DNA of 37,076 nucleotides, taken from an uncultured virus (IMG/VR IMGVR_UViG_3300011906_000002) (lineage: Duplodnaviria; Heunggongvirae; Uroviricota; Caudoviricetes). Position numbers and translations under genes: made by a program. The DNA is taken from positions 186,001-223,076 of IMG/VR virus record IMGVR_UViG_3300011906_000002; one strand, written 5' to 3'. Under the pieces are notes generated by a model, which saw only the letters and a program-made list of their open reading frames with translations, was not told the origin of the DNA and ran no database searches. This document shows positions 27,586 to 35,107 of the stretch, one piece after another. Within the stretch, counting starts at the first letter, position 1, and each line of letters starts with the position of its first letter.

Positions 27586-27804
27586 ATGAACGAAGAAGAA
27601 GTACTTAAGGCTGCGTGGGCCTCTGTCCGGGAAACACGTACTCAGCTGTTACGTAAGACCGATTTCACACAACTCCCCGACAGTCCATTGACTGAAGCGC
27701 AGCGTGCTGAAGTGGCTACGTACCGTCAACAGCTACGTGACCTTACCGAACTCAGTCAAAGCCCGTTTGAGGTTGTGTGGCCGACTTCGCCGTCCTTCTT
27801 ATAG
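27586..27804 (+). CDS. Tail-fibre assembly chaperone
   Basis: W..VR..R..LL..TD.TQLPD.PL......YRQ.LRDL......V.WP..P is the classic phage tail assembly chaperone pattern. Confidence 0.85.
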   Translation: MNEEEVLKAAWASVRETRTQLLRKTDFTQLPDSPLTEAQRAEVATYRQQLRDLTELSQSPFEVVWPTSPSFL

Positions 27805-27816
27805 TGAGGTGACGTG

Positions 27817-28446
27817 ATGACCATGCAAGAAAATCTATTGGGTGCCGTCGGGTCAATCGAACAGTTAGTTGGTGATACTGCATTGGTCTTAAACGATCAA
27901 AACGCACGACTGGGTGTAGTGACCAACACCTTTTCAGAATTAGCCGATTTGCGGATGGTGGAAGGCGACCCCACTCGACCAGGGTGTGTGCGCCGAGCTA
28001 TCTTTCAAGGCATTGTGTACGCCACTGGTGGCCCACCCGGACTTGGTTCAGCTGGCGATTTTCCTCGGATAGATCTAGGTGAAACGTCCGCTGTCTACGT
28101 ACACTTCAAATTACCATTGAAGATCACCGTCAACAACCGCATGTTTCATTTGCGAATCCGTGGGTACTCTTACGGTAATGCAAAAGCGGTGGATGAAACG
28201 ATTGTCGGTTATTGCAAAGCCTCCTCAACACGGATAGAAGCGATCGCAACTAAAGGGAATTTCTCACCTACGGTTTACGTGGACGCTAACAACAATGTTG
28301 TCGTGAGGCTGTACTTTCCAAACATCTATTACACAACCGCCGTAATCGATTCCATGCGTGTGTCATCGGGTGCTGAAAGTGATATGTTCAAACGAGATGA
28401 CATAGTGGCAACGATGTCTAGAACATCCACCGTTAACTTCGGTTAA
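27817..28446 (+). CDS. Putative tail-fibre tip/lectin-like protein, paralogue B2
   Basis: ATG 27817 after GAGGTG; shares IFQG, GDF, VYVH.K.P, DE.IVGY and GN.SP..Y.DA..NVV.RL.FP.IYY with B1. Confidence 0.55.
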   Translation: MTMQENLLGAVGSIEQLVGDTALVLNDQNARLGVVTNTFSELADLRMVEGDPTRPGCVRRAIFQGIVYATGGPPGLGSAGDFPRIDLGETSAVYVHFKLPLKITVNNRMFHLRIRGYSYGNAKAVDETIVGYCKASSTRIEAIATKGNFSPTVYVDANNNVVVRLYFPNIYYTTAVIDSMRVSSGAESDMFKRDDIVATMSRTSTVNFG

Positions 28447-28469
28447 CTCTCGCCTTCCTACAGGTCTCT

Positions 28470-28482
28470 CAGAAATCTTATG
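28470..28482 (+). promoter_or_regulatory. Putative late promoter of fibre module 2
   Basis: CAGAAATCTTATG upstream of the ATG at 28536. Confidence 0.65.
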
Positions 28483-28535
28483 GGAAAGCACTGGGGAAGC
28501 CATGCTTTACTTTTTTAATCAACGGAGTCTCCACC

Positions 28536-30224
28536 ATGTCTGAGAAACGGTTTTTCGGCTTCGGTGAATTCGGAACTTGGGTTCGAGAGCAAGTCGCTGG
28601 GGTGATGTTGGCCCTGGGTGCTAAAGCTGACGCAACCTCCGTACACACCAAAACAGAAGCACTGGAAACCTTTTTGGCGATTGCTGGCAAGGCAGTGGAT
28701 TCGTCCTTGCTCGACGGCAACACCAAAGCCCAGATTATTCTTGAGGCAATTGCTAACGCTAACCTCGACAGTAAACTGGACGTTACAGCACGTGCCGAAT
28801 TTGCAACAGCTTTGCAGGGCACCAAGGCTGACAGTGCAATTCAACCTGATGTCTTGCAAGGGTTGTTAAACACCAAGCTTAATGCCTCGGGTTATACCGC
28901 AGGTGACGTCTTGGCTAAGTTGTTAACAGTTGATGGTGCAAGTTCTGGACTGGATGCCGACAAGCTCGACGGTAAACAACTGTCGGTGATTGAGTCTGAA
29001 TACAAAGCCTTTACTAACGCGGCAGTGGCTGCTCTGGTAGACTCTTCGCCCGATGCGCTGAATACGCTTAACGAGTTGGCGGTTGCTTTGGGTAATGACC
29101 CGAACTTTGCAACCACCATCACCAACCAGTTGTCCACTAAAGTTGACAACACTGACGCGCGTCTAACTGATGCTCGTGAATGGTTGGCCACCACAGTCAT
29201 CCAGTCTGAAGCTGAAACAGGTACTTCCACTACTCGCCGTGCATGGACTGCACAACGGGTGCGTCAAGCCATAACAGCTTGGTGGTCAGTGTCTGCAGAC
29301 AAAGCCAAGCTGGATGGAATTGCTGCAGGTGCAGACGTTAACGTACCCACCAATTTGGGTTACACCACAGGTGCTACTGCCGGTACTGTCACCAGCTCCA
29401 CTGGTACTAACGCCAGCCTGCCTGCAGCCACCACCGCAGCCGCTGGTCTGTTGAGTGCTACCGATAAGGTTAAGCTCAATGGGATTGCTGCTGGGGCCAC
29501 AGTGAACTCGACGGATGCTGCGTTGTTGGATCGTAGTAACCACACGGGGGCACAAGCGATCGCTACCGTGTCGGGTTTGCAAGCTGCACTGGATGCTAAG
29601 TTCAGCACTACCGGCGGCACTGTCAGCGGCAACATCACGGCCTCGAGTTTCTATTCCGCTAACTGGTTCCGCTCCACTGGTGCTACTGGCTGGTACAGCG
29701 AAACCTACGGCGGGGGCATCCACATGTCGGACACTACTTGGGTGCGTATTTACGGCTCCAAGAGTTTCTATGTGACTGGTAACATCGCAGCCACGGGTGA
29801 AATCAGCGGCTACTACTCCGATGAGCGTCTTAAAGAAAACATGACGCCTATAGTTGGGGCACTTGCTGGCCTGCGTACCATCAAAGGCTACCGGTACAAT
29901 GCCAGTGAACTGGGTGCTGAGTTTGGTTACGACCCACTCAAACCTGAGATCGGTTTCAGCGCTCAAGAATGGCAGGCCCTTGCGCCTGAGATTGTAGAGT
30001 TGGCACCTTTTGATTACAGTGATGACGGAGAACCGGGTGTATCAAAGTCGGGTGAACATTACCTGACCTTGAAGTACCATCGTACTCTGCCTCACGTGGT
30101 CATGGCTATCAACGAGTTAGCTGATTCTGTTGACAGTGATCGAATTGCTTTCCAACAATTGGTGGCCACGGTTGACGACATGAAAAAGCTGATCGCCGAC
30201 TTGCAAGCAGCCGCTCAGAAGTAA
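28536..30224 (+). CDS. Long tail fibre with C-terminal intramolecular chaperone (peptidase S74-type)
   Basis: 562 aa; MSEKRFFGF start; SGLDADKLDG, LVDSSPDALNTLNELA.ALGNDPNF, KAKLDGIAAGA, NHTG.Q fibre motifs; NWFRS.G.TGWY...YGGGI.M.D.TWVR segment; YSDERLKEN cleavage site; G..AQE; terminal coiled coil. Confidence 0.92.
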   Translation: MSEKRFFGFGEFGTWVREQVAGVMLALGAKADATSVHTKTEALETFLAIAGKAVDSSLLDGNTKAQIILEAIANANLDSKLDVTARAEFATALQGTKADSAIQPDVLQGLLNTKLNASGYTAGDVLAKLLTVDGASSGLDADKLDGKQLSVIESEYKAFTNAAVAALVDSSPDALNTLNELAVALGNDPNFATTITNQLSTKVDNTDARLTDAREWLATTVIQSEAETGTSTTRRAWTAQRVRQAITAWWSVSADKAKLDGIAAGADVNVPTNLGYTTGATAGTVTSSTGTNASLPAATTAAAGLLSATDKVKLNGIAAGATVNSTDAALLDRSNHTGAQAIATVSGLQAALDAKFSTTGGTVSGNITASSFYSANWFRSTGATGWYSETYGGGIHMSDTTWVRIYGSKSFYVTGNIAATGEISGYYSDERLKENMTPIVGALAGLRTIKGYRYNASELGAEFGYDPLKPEIGFSAQEWQALAPEIVELAPFDYSDDGEPGVSKSGEHYLTLKYHRTLPHVVMAINELADSVDSDRIAFQQLVATVDDMKKLIADLQAAAQK

Positions 30225-30235
30225 CTGCTATACTT

Positions 30236-30267
30236 AGGACTGAGTCGCAATGACTCAGTCCTTTGTT
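30236..30267 (+). terminator. Perfect 11-bp hairpin, possible leaky terminator or processing site
   Basis: AGGACTGAGTC-GCAAT-GACTCAGTCCT then TTGTT; no TATGCCG tail. Confidence 0.65.
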
Positions 30268-30291
30268 CTATTCATTGTGAGGTAATTCATT

Positions 30292-30843
30292 ATGGCATTG
30301 CCTACATCCGGTACGATCAGTTTCAGCATGATCAATATTGAACTGGGTCGTCCCGCTACTCAACGATTGAACTTAAGCGACGCCGCTATTCGACAATTGG
30401 CCGGGGCTTTAAGTGGTCCGGTAAACCTGTCCATGTTGCGGGGTAAAACCGTCAACAACAGCTTGGCCGAAGTGACGCTCGCTGCAGCCGCTTACGTACC
30501 TGCAGCAGGGTATGAATATGCAGGCTTCGGGTCGGCTACTTACGGTTCGATCTCACCCACCACTTTGTCCGGATACGCCATCCTGACTTGTTCGGTATTG
30601 AACTACGCCGGTAGCTACAGCTTATCTTTCGAAGTCAATACTGGTGGTGCGAGACCCGCTTGGTCTTATGCCACTAAGATTGTTATAGGTGGAGTGACTT
30701 TTTCAGGAGCCTTTGCACCCTTTACTAACACCAAAACTGGCACTACTACCATTGTCTTTTCTGTTGTTATTACGGCAGCTCAATTTAGCACAGTGCGTAG
30801 CGCCATCGTCAACCGTTCGACGGTTGTTAAACTTCTCCCTTAA
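30292..30843 (+). CDS. Putative fibre-tip adhesin / receptor-binding protein
   Basis: 183 aa; MALPTSG.IS...IN.ELG...L....R.LAG..SG...LS.L.GK N-terminus typical of proteins following S74-capped fibres; Thr/Ser/Gly/Tyr-rich beta C-terminus. Confidence 0.65.
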   Translation: MALPTSGTISFSMINIELGRPATQRLNLSDAAIRQLAGALSGPVNLSMLRGKTVNNSLAEVTLAAAAYVPAAGYEYAGFGSATYGSISPTTLSGYAILTCSVLNYAGSYSLSFEVNTGGARPAWSYATKIVIGGVTFSGAFAPFTNTKTGTTTIVFSVVITAAQFSTVRSAIVNRSTVVKLLP

Positions 30844-30852
30844 AGGTGACTC

Positions 30853-31089
30853 ATGTTTACGTTTGTTACTCGAAATGAAAAAAGTGTGGTGGTGGAGACG
30901 TTACACGGTAATGTAGAAATCTTCTACGAACCCATGAACGTAGGTACTCTACCACCTGACGAAGCATTCCTTCAAGGTATGGCTTATGCGGTGTTGTTTA
31001 ATTGCGGACTACCACACCAACCGGCCAGCAACCCCAATGAAGGGTTGGAAGAAACCCAAGTGACTCGAGAAGTCTCGGAGGACATTTAA
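30853..31089 (+). CDS. Small hypothetical protein
   Basis: 78 aa; AAGGTG RBS; abuts the next gene. Confidence 0.65.
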   Translation: MFTFVTRNEKSVVVETLHGNVEIFYEPMNVGTLPPDEAFLQGMAYAVLFNCGLPHQPASNPNEGLEETQVTREVSEDI

Positions 31090-31728
31090 ATGACTACAAC
31101 CTATACCCGTAACGGTTGGAACGTCACCCGCGTCAACGGGTTTGACTTGTTTGAACTGGTGCTTGAAAAAGACAAGATTGCAGCCATTCCTGTTGATGTG
31201 CCGAGTCAAGCCATTTTGGGTTCCAGTGATGCAGGTATCAACACCTACCGATTCAATGCGTTTATCGAGGGGACCTTCAAAGTCGGCTCCACGGTAACGC
31301 CTGAATTTATTCGTGGTCGTGGTGACGGGGCTGATGAAAGTCGCGTCACGGTTAAAGGCAGTTTCCATTTGGTTGGACTGGAGGAGCGCAATCGGTTTAT
31401 GTGCATCAACGCACAAGACCCAATGGCCAAACTGTACCTGTCGAAGAACTACGCCTTGGCACCGGGTGAGTCCTGTGTGATCACTCCTCGAGAGATGGAG
31501 CAAAACGTCTTCATTGTGGAAGGGGCTCTTCAGGTGAACGAAGGTGGGGTGTTCAACAACATCAAACACCTGCGCTTGACTAAACCTCAGGATTATAGCT
31601 TCCGTAACACCGGACAAGACAATGCGTTCTTGGTCTATGTTTATGAAGCAACTGTAGAAGAAGTCAAAGCCCAATGTACCAACGTTCCGGTGGATAGTTT
31701 GGCCACCGTTGAGAGTCTTCAGGAGTAA
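31090..31728 (+). CDS. Cupin/pirin-like double-stranded beta-helix protein
   Basis: 212 aa; two F..EG...V strands; LAPGES......VFIVEGALQVN......FRN......FLV resembles a pirin C-terminal cupin; no His metal motif seen. Confidence 0.5.
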   Translation: MTTTYTRNGWNVTRVNGFDLFELVLEKDKIAAIPVDVPSQAILGSSDAGINTYRFNAFIEGTFKVGSTVTPEFIRGRGDGADESRVTVKGSFHLVGLEERNRFMCINAQDPMAKLYLSKNYALAPGESCVITPREMEQNVFIVEGALQVNEGGVFNNIKHLRLTKPQDYSFRNTGQDNAFLVYVYEATVEEVKAQCTNVPVDSLATVESLQE

Positions 31729-31731
31729 CAC

Positions 31732-32520
31732 ATGCGAACCCCTCCATTTATGATTACCTATCCACGACTTAAAGTCGTGAATCGTTTGACAGCCGCCTGT
31801 GTCATGGCATCGCCACTCGTAGCGTTTGCTTTTGGTATGAGTTGGGGTCTGCTACTAGCGACCCTCGTGATCTGGCAGTTCATGCAAGTTGTAGGCTTAG
31901 TGGTAGGGGCGCATCGTTACTTCTCACACCGCATGTTCGCAACAAACCGCGTCTGGCAATGGATCATGGCTGTCAGTTGTGTCGGCGCCCTCACAGGACC
32001 ACCTTGCGTGTGGGCAGACTTACACATCAAGCACCACAAACACGCCGACGATGAAGACGATCCTTATATCGACTTCATTCGCACCGGGGTCTCACCGTTC
32101 AGTCATGAGAACTTCAAGGGTAATCGTACCTTGCTCAAGATGTTGGCGACTGACCCCATGCACGGTCTGACGATCAAGTATTACTTCTTGATAGTCTTAA
32201 CCTTGGCGTTGGTCTTAACCACCATTGGAACTGCAGCAGGCCTCGATCCGTTGACTGCGTTGTTTTGGCTGTATCTGGTCCCAGGCGGTTTGTGTCACAT
32301 GACCTTGCGCTTTGTGGTCTGGTCAGGACATGTACCGGGACTCGGTTACCGTAACCACGAGACACCGGATAACAGCCACAACTGGTGGTTGGTCTCATTG
32401 ATCTCTGGTGGAGAAGGCTGGCACAACAATCACCATCATGACCAAACCGCTGTCAACCTTCGCCAGAAATGGTGGGAGTTCGATCCTGCGTATTGGATTA
32501 TTAAGGCAATCCGTAAATGA
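31732..32520 (+). CDS. Membrane fatty-acid desaturase 1 (delta-9/DesC-like family)
   Basis: His boxes HRYFSH, HIKHHKH, GEGWHNNHH; hydrophobic TM segments; WWEFDP tail. Confidence 0.93.
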   Translation: MRTPPFMITYPRLKVVNRLTAACVMASPLVAFAFGMSWGLLLATLVIWQFMQVVGLVVGAHRYFSHRMFATNRVWQWIMAVSCVGALTGPPCVWADLHIKHHKHADDEDDPYIDFIRTGVSPFSHENFKGNRTLLKMLATDPMHGLTIKYYFLIVLTLALVLTTIGTAAGLDPLTALFWLYLVPGGLCHMTLRFVVWSGHVPGLGYRNHETPDNSHNWWLVSLISGGEGWHNNHHHDQTAVNLRQKWWEFDPAYWIIKAIRK

Positions 32521-33260
32521 AATACCTTCAGTTCAGCGGTAGAGCTTCGGTTCTAGTGGCTGTGCTGGCAATGGGGATCAGTTTGTTCTGCGTAATTCAC
32601 CCCAGTGCCTTATGGGTGCTGGGGAGTTTTATGGCCTTTCAAGTGTATTGGACCTGCGGCGTGGCATGCGGGGCTCATCGGTATTTTGTTCACCGGTCAT
32701 TTGAAACCAGTACATTCTGGCGAGAGTTTATGGTGTGGGCTATTTGTGCCGCCGGAGGACTCCATCCTTATATCAGCATTGCTATTCACCGTGAGCACCA
32801 CAAACACTCAGACACTCCAGACGATCCACACAACCATTATCGTGGTTGGGGTTTAGTCAACGCTAAGAAACTCAACCTGACTATCCCCAGACGGTTACGC
32901 AAACAGTTCTTAAGCGACCCGGTTGCCATGCGTATTCAGAAGTACTATCTCCTGTACCCTTTAGTTACAGCCACTGTTTTGGCCCTAGTGTCGTGGGAAG
33001 CCTTGATCTATTTATGGGCTATCCCAGCAGCACTGACCCAAGTGTTGCGTAAGACAGTATTGTTAGACTGGGTCCATCGGTTTGGGTATCAAAACTGGGA
33101 AACCAACGACCATTCTCGCAACTCCAAAATACTCGGTCTACTTTTTGGGGGTGAGGGTTTACACAACAACCATCACGCTTTTCCCAATCGCTGGAACATG
33201 GCCATGAAAAAAGGTGAGCTTGATCCAGGGGCGTGGTTTATCAGGTTAATCAAACGATGA
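32517..33260 (+). CDS. Membrane fatty-acid desaturase 2 (delta-9/DesC-like family)
   Basis: His boxes HRYFVH, HREHHKHSDT..DPH, GEGLHNNHHAFP; ELDP tail; ATGA overlaps at both ends. Confidence 0.95.
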   Translation: MKYLQFSGRASVLVAVLAMGISLFCVIHPSALWVLGSFMAFQVYWTCGVACGAHRYFVHRSFETSTFWREFMVWAICAAGGLHPYISIAIHREHHKHSDTPDDPHNHYRGWGLVNAKKLNLTIPRRLRKQFLSDPVAMRIQKYYLLYPLVTATVLALVSWEALIYLWAIPAALTQVLRKTVLLDWVHRFGYQNWETNDHSRNSKILGLLFGGEGLHNNHHAFPNRWNMAMKKGELDPGAWFIRLIKR

Positions 33261-34180
33261 AATTGAACCTACTCCAAAAGGCCTTTCTCAATGACGGGAA
33301 GGCCATGATGTACAGTAGCTTGAATGTACCGCTGTTCTCTTGTAGTCGAGACTTGATGCAAGAGGCTGTGGATGAACTCACGCATCGTATCCCACTGCTT
33401 AAGGCAGGTGTTGTGAACGGTAAAGTGATTACCCACGATCGGGTGCTAGTGACTCAAGGACATGGTGACCAACACCAAAACATCCCCAGCTGTTTAAGCG
33501 TTACTGAAGACCAGAACGGATTCTGGATCGGGTTGTCTCACGAATTCGTAGACGGTTGGACCTTCATGAAAGTCACCCGAGAACTTTTTAATATCGCCAG
33601 AACTGGCGAACTGGGTAACTACATCAGTAACCAACCCCTTCCAAAAATCCAAGCAACCGGTGCGTTAGAACTCAGACCTTTTCTCTTTCAAGGGGAGGTC
33701 GGATTAGCTAACACCTATTGCGTGCCCATCGGTACCGGCTATCTTAAAAACGCCAAAGCACAAGGCTTACGCGTACAGGACTACTTAGCACAAGTGGCTT
33801 GTGAGGTACTGGACAACCCTAATATCCTAACCACCCGTTTTGTTGAAGGGTGTGAGGACTACTGGGGCCATTATTCACTGTACGGTTTAGGGTCGAATAA
33901 AGACGGTCAGTTCTCCCTTGACATCAGTCATGAAAACTTCACACGACTGATCATGAAGTTTGGAATGAGTGAGAAGATTGGAAACTTCTTTGTTGGCTCG
34001 TTCCCCATTGGACCTAGCGCCTTCGAACCTACAGACTTGGTTCAGTTTCTTAAAAAGAATCAGATGGGTCGTTTACAAGTCATCTCGTATAACGGCACTC
34101 ATCATCTGCGGATCGCTTTCAACAAAGCTATCCCCAACCAAACAAAATACATCGACCAGTTTGTCGAGCTTTTATCATAA
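33257..34180 (+). CDS. CoA/ACP-dependent acyltransferase (condensation-domain/CAT-like fold)
   Basis: ATG 33257 in ATGA overlap; about 307 aa; LMQEAVDELTHRIPLLKA helix and SHEFVDGWT (HxxxDG catalytic motif). Confidence 0.6.
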   Translation: MKLNLLQKAFLNDGKAMMYSSLNVPLFSCSRDLMQEAVDELTHRIPLLKAGVVNGKVITHDRVLVTQGHGDQHQNIPSCLSVTEDQNGFWIGLSHEFVDGWTFMKVTRELFNIARTGELGNYISNQPLPKIQATGALELRPFLFQGEVGLANTYCVPIGTGYLKNAKAQGLRVQDYLAQVACEVLDNPNILTTRFVEGCEDYWGHYSLYGLGSNKDGQFSLDISHENFTRLIMKFGMSEKIGNFFVGSFPIGPSAFEPTDLVQFLKKNQMGRLQVISYNGTHHLRIAFNKAIPNQTKYIDQFVELLS

Positions 34181-34190
34181 GGAGGTCGGT

Positions 34191-34970
34191 ATGAAACTTT
34201 GGGAATACACTCGCTCCAGAGGCGAGTTCATGCCACTGCAAGTGGTTCTAGCAGTAGTCATGGTGCCTGTGTTTATTACGGTCGCTGATTTAGACTACCG
34301 GTGGTTATGGGCAACCTTGGGAATGGTCGCCTTCTTCAACGTCTGCTTGATAGAGGCCTTTGCTCACCGTTTCTGTACACACGGTGCTTATGAGCTTAAT
34401 AAGCCCTTAGAATGGCTCCTAGCCATCCTCACAAGTGTAGTGCCAGGGACAGGCTCAACTATCGGGTGGGCGATGATTCATGCAGCCCATCACCAATACT
34501 CAGACACGGCTAAAGATCCTCACAGTGCACAGTACTCCAAGTTTTGGGAGCTGTTGGTGTGGCGTTACCCTTACACTGGAAACTTGCATTCAGTGCGGTA
34601 CCTGACACGTGATCCGGTCCACAAAGCTTTGCACCAGTATTACTTGGTGTGGATGTTGGCTTGGGCTGGGTTGTGGTACGTCGTGGCGGGAATCAACGGT
34701 TTTGTTTTTATGGTCCTATTACCCTGGGGTTTGGGTCCTTTTCTCTCCACCGTACAGAACTACATGTTACATGCTGATGCACCGTTGAACTACCGCAATT
34801 TCAGCACGCCTGATAATTCACAGAATTCACCGAGCATGCATTTGTTAAGCTTTGGAGCGTGCGGATTACACAACAACCACCATGCTCATCCTCGAGCCTG
34901 GGTCACGGCGATGAAGAAATACGAGATTGATACAGCAGCGTGGTTTATCCGGTTGATCAAAAAAGATTAA
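34191..34970 (+). CDS. Membrane fatty-acid desaturase 3 (delta-9/DesC-like family)
   Basis: ATG 34191 after AAGGAGG; His boxes HRFCTH, HAAHHQYSDT.KDPHS, LHNNHHAHP; NYMLH; EID tail. Confidence 0.93.
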   Translation: MKLWEYTRSRGEFMPLQVVLAVVMVPVFITVADLDYRWLWATLGMVAFFNVCLIEAFAHRFCTHGAYELNKPLEWLLAILTSVVPGTGSTIGWAMIHAAHHQYSDTAKDPHSAQYSKFWELLVWRYPYTGNLHSVRYLTRDPVHKALHQYYLVWMLAWAGLWYVVAGINGFVFMVLLPWGLGPFLSTVQNYMLHADAPLNYRNFSTPDNSQNSPSMHLLSFGACGLHNNHHAHPRAWVTAMKKYEIDTAAWFIRLIKKD

Positions 34971-35008
34971 GTTTGTCATTCATTTACGGACTTTGCCCGT
35001 ACAAACTG

Positions 35009-35020
35009 CAGAATCTTATG
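35009..35020 (+). promoter_or_regulatory. Putative late promoter of fibre module 3
   Basis: CAGAATCTTATG upstream of the ATG at 35108. Confidence 0.65.
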
Positions 35021-35029
35021 AGAGTGCGA

Positions 35030-35073
35030 TGAAAAAGGGCTCTCGACACTGGCCTCTCGATTAACCTTTTTCA
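35030..35073 (+). promoter_or_regulatory. Structured 5' leader hairpin with CACTGGCCTC loop
   Basis: TGAAAAAGG/CCTTTTTCA outer stem and TCGA/TCGA inner stem enclosing 35047-35056. Confidence 0.6.
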
Positions 35074-35107
35074 AGCCGCTGTATCACTAAACAACTGGAG
35101 CAACACC

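Noticed and set aside
24978..30843. Diversity-generating retroelement or invertible shufflon acting on fibre genes
   Set aside because: No reverse transcriptase or recombinase, no near-identical template/variable repeat with A-specific mismatches, no inverted crossover sites, and all genes are on one strand.
30853..31089. 78-aa ORF as an acyl carrier protein for the desaturases
   Set aside because: Size fits, but there is no DS(L/I) phosphopantetheine motif and the sequence looks beta-rich at the N-terminus.
31732..34970. A complete caryoynencin-type polyyne cluster, or host contamination
   Set aside because: No fatty acyl-AMP ligase, ACP, thioesterase or rubredoxin in the window; the genes are tightly coupled to phage fibre genes with no bacterial flanks or mobile-element ends. 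The polyyne comparison is kept only as an analogy.
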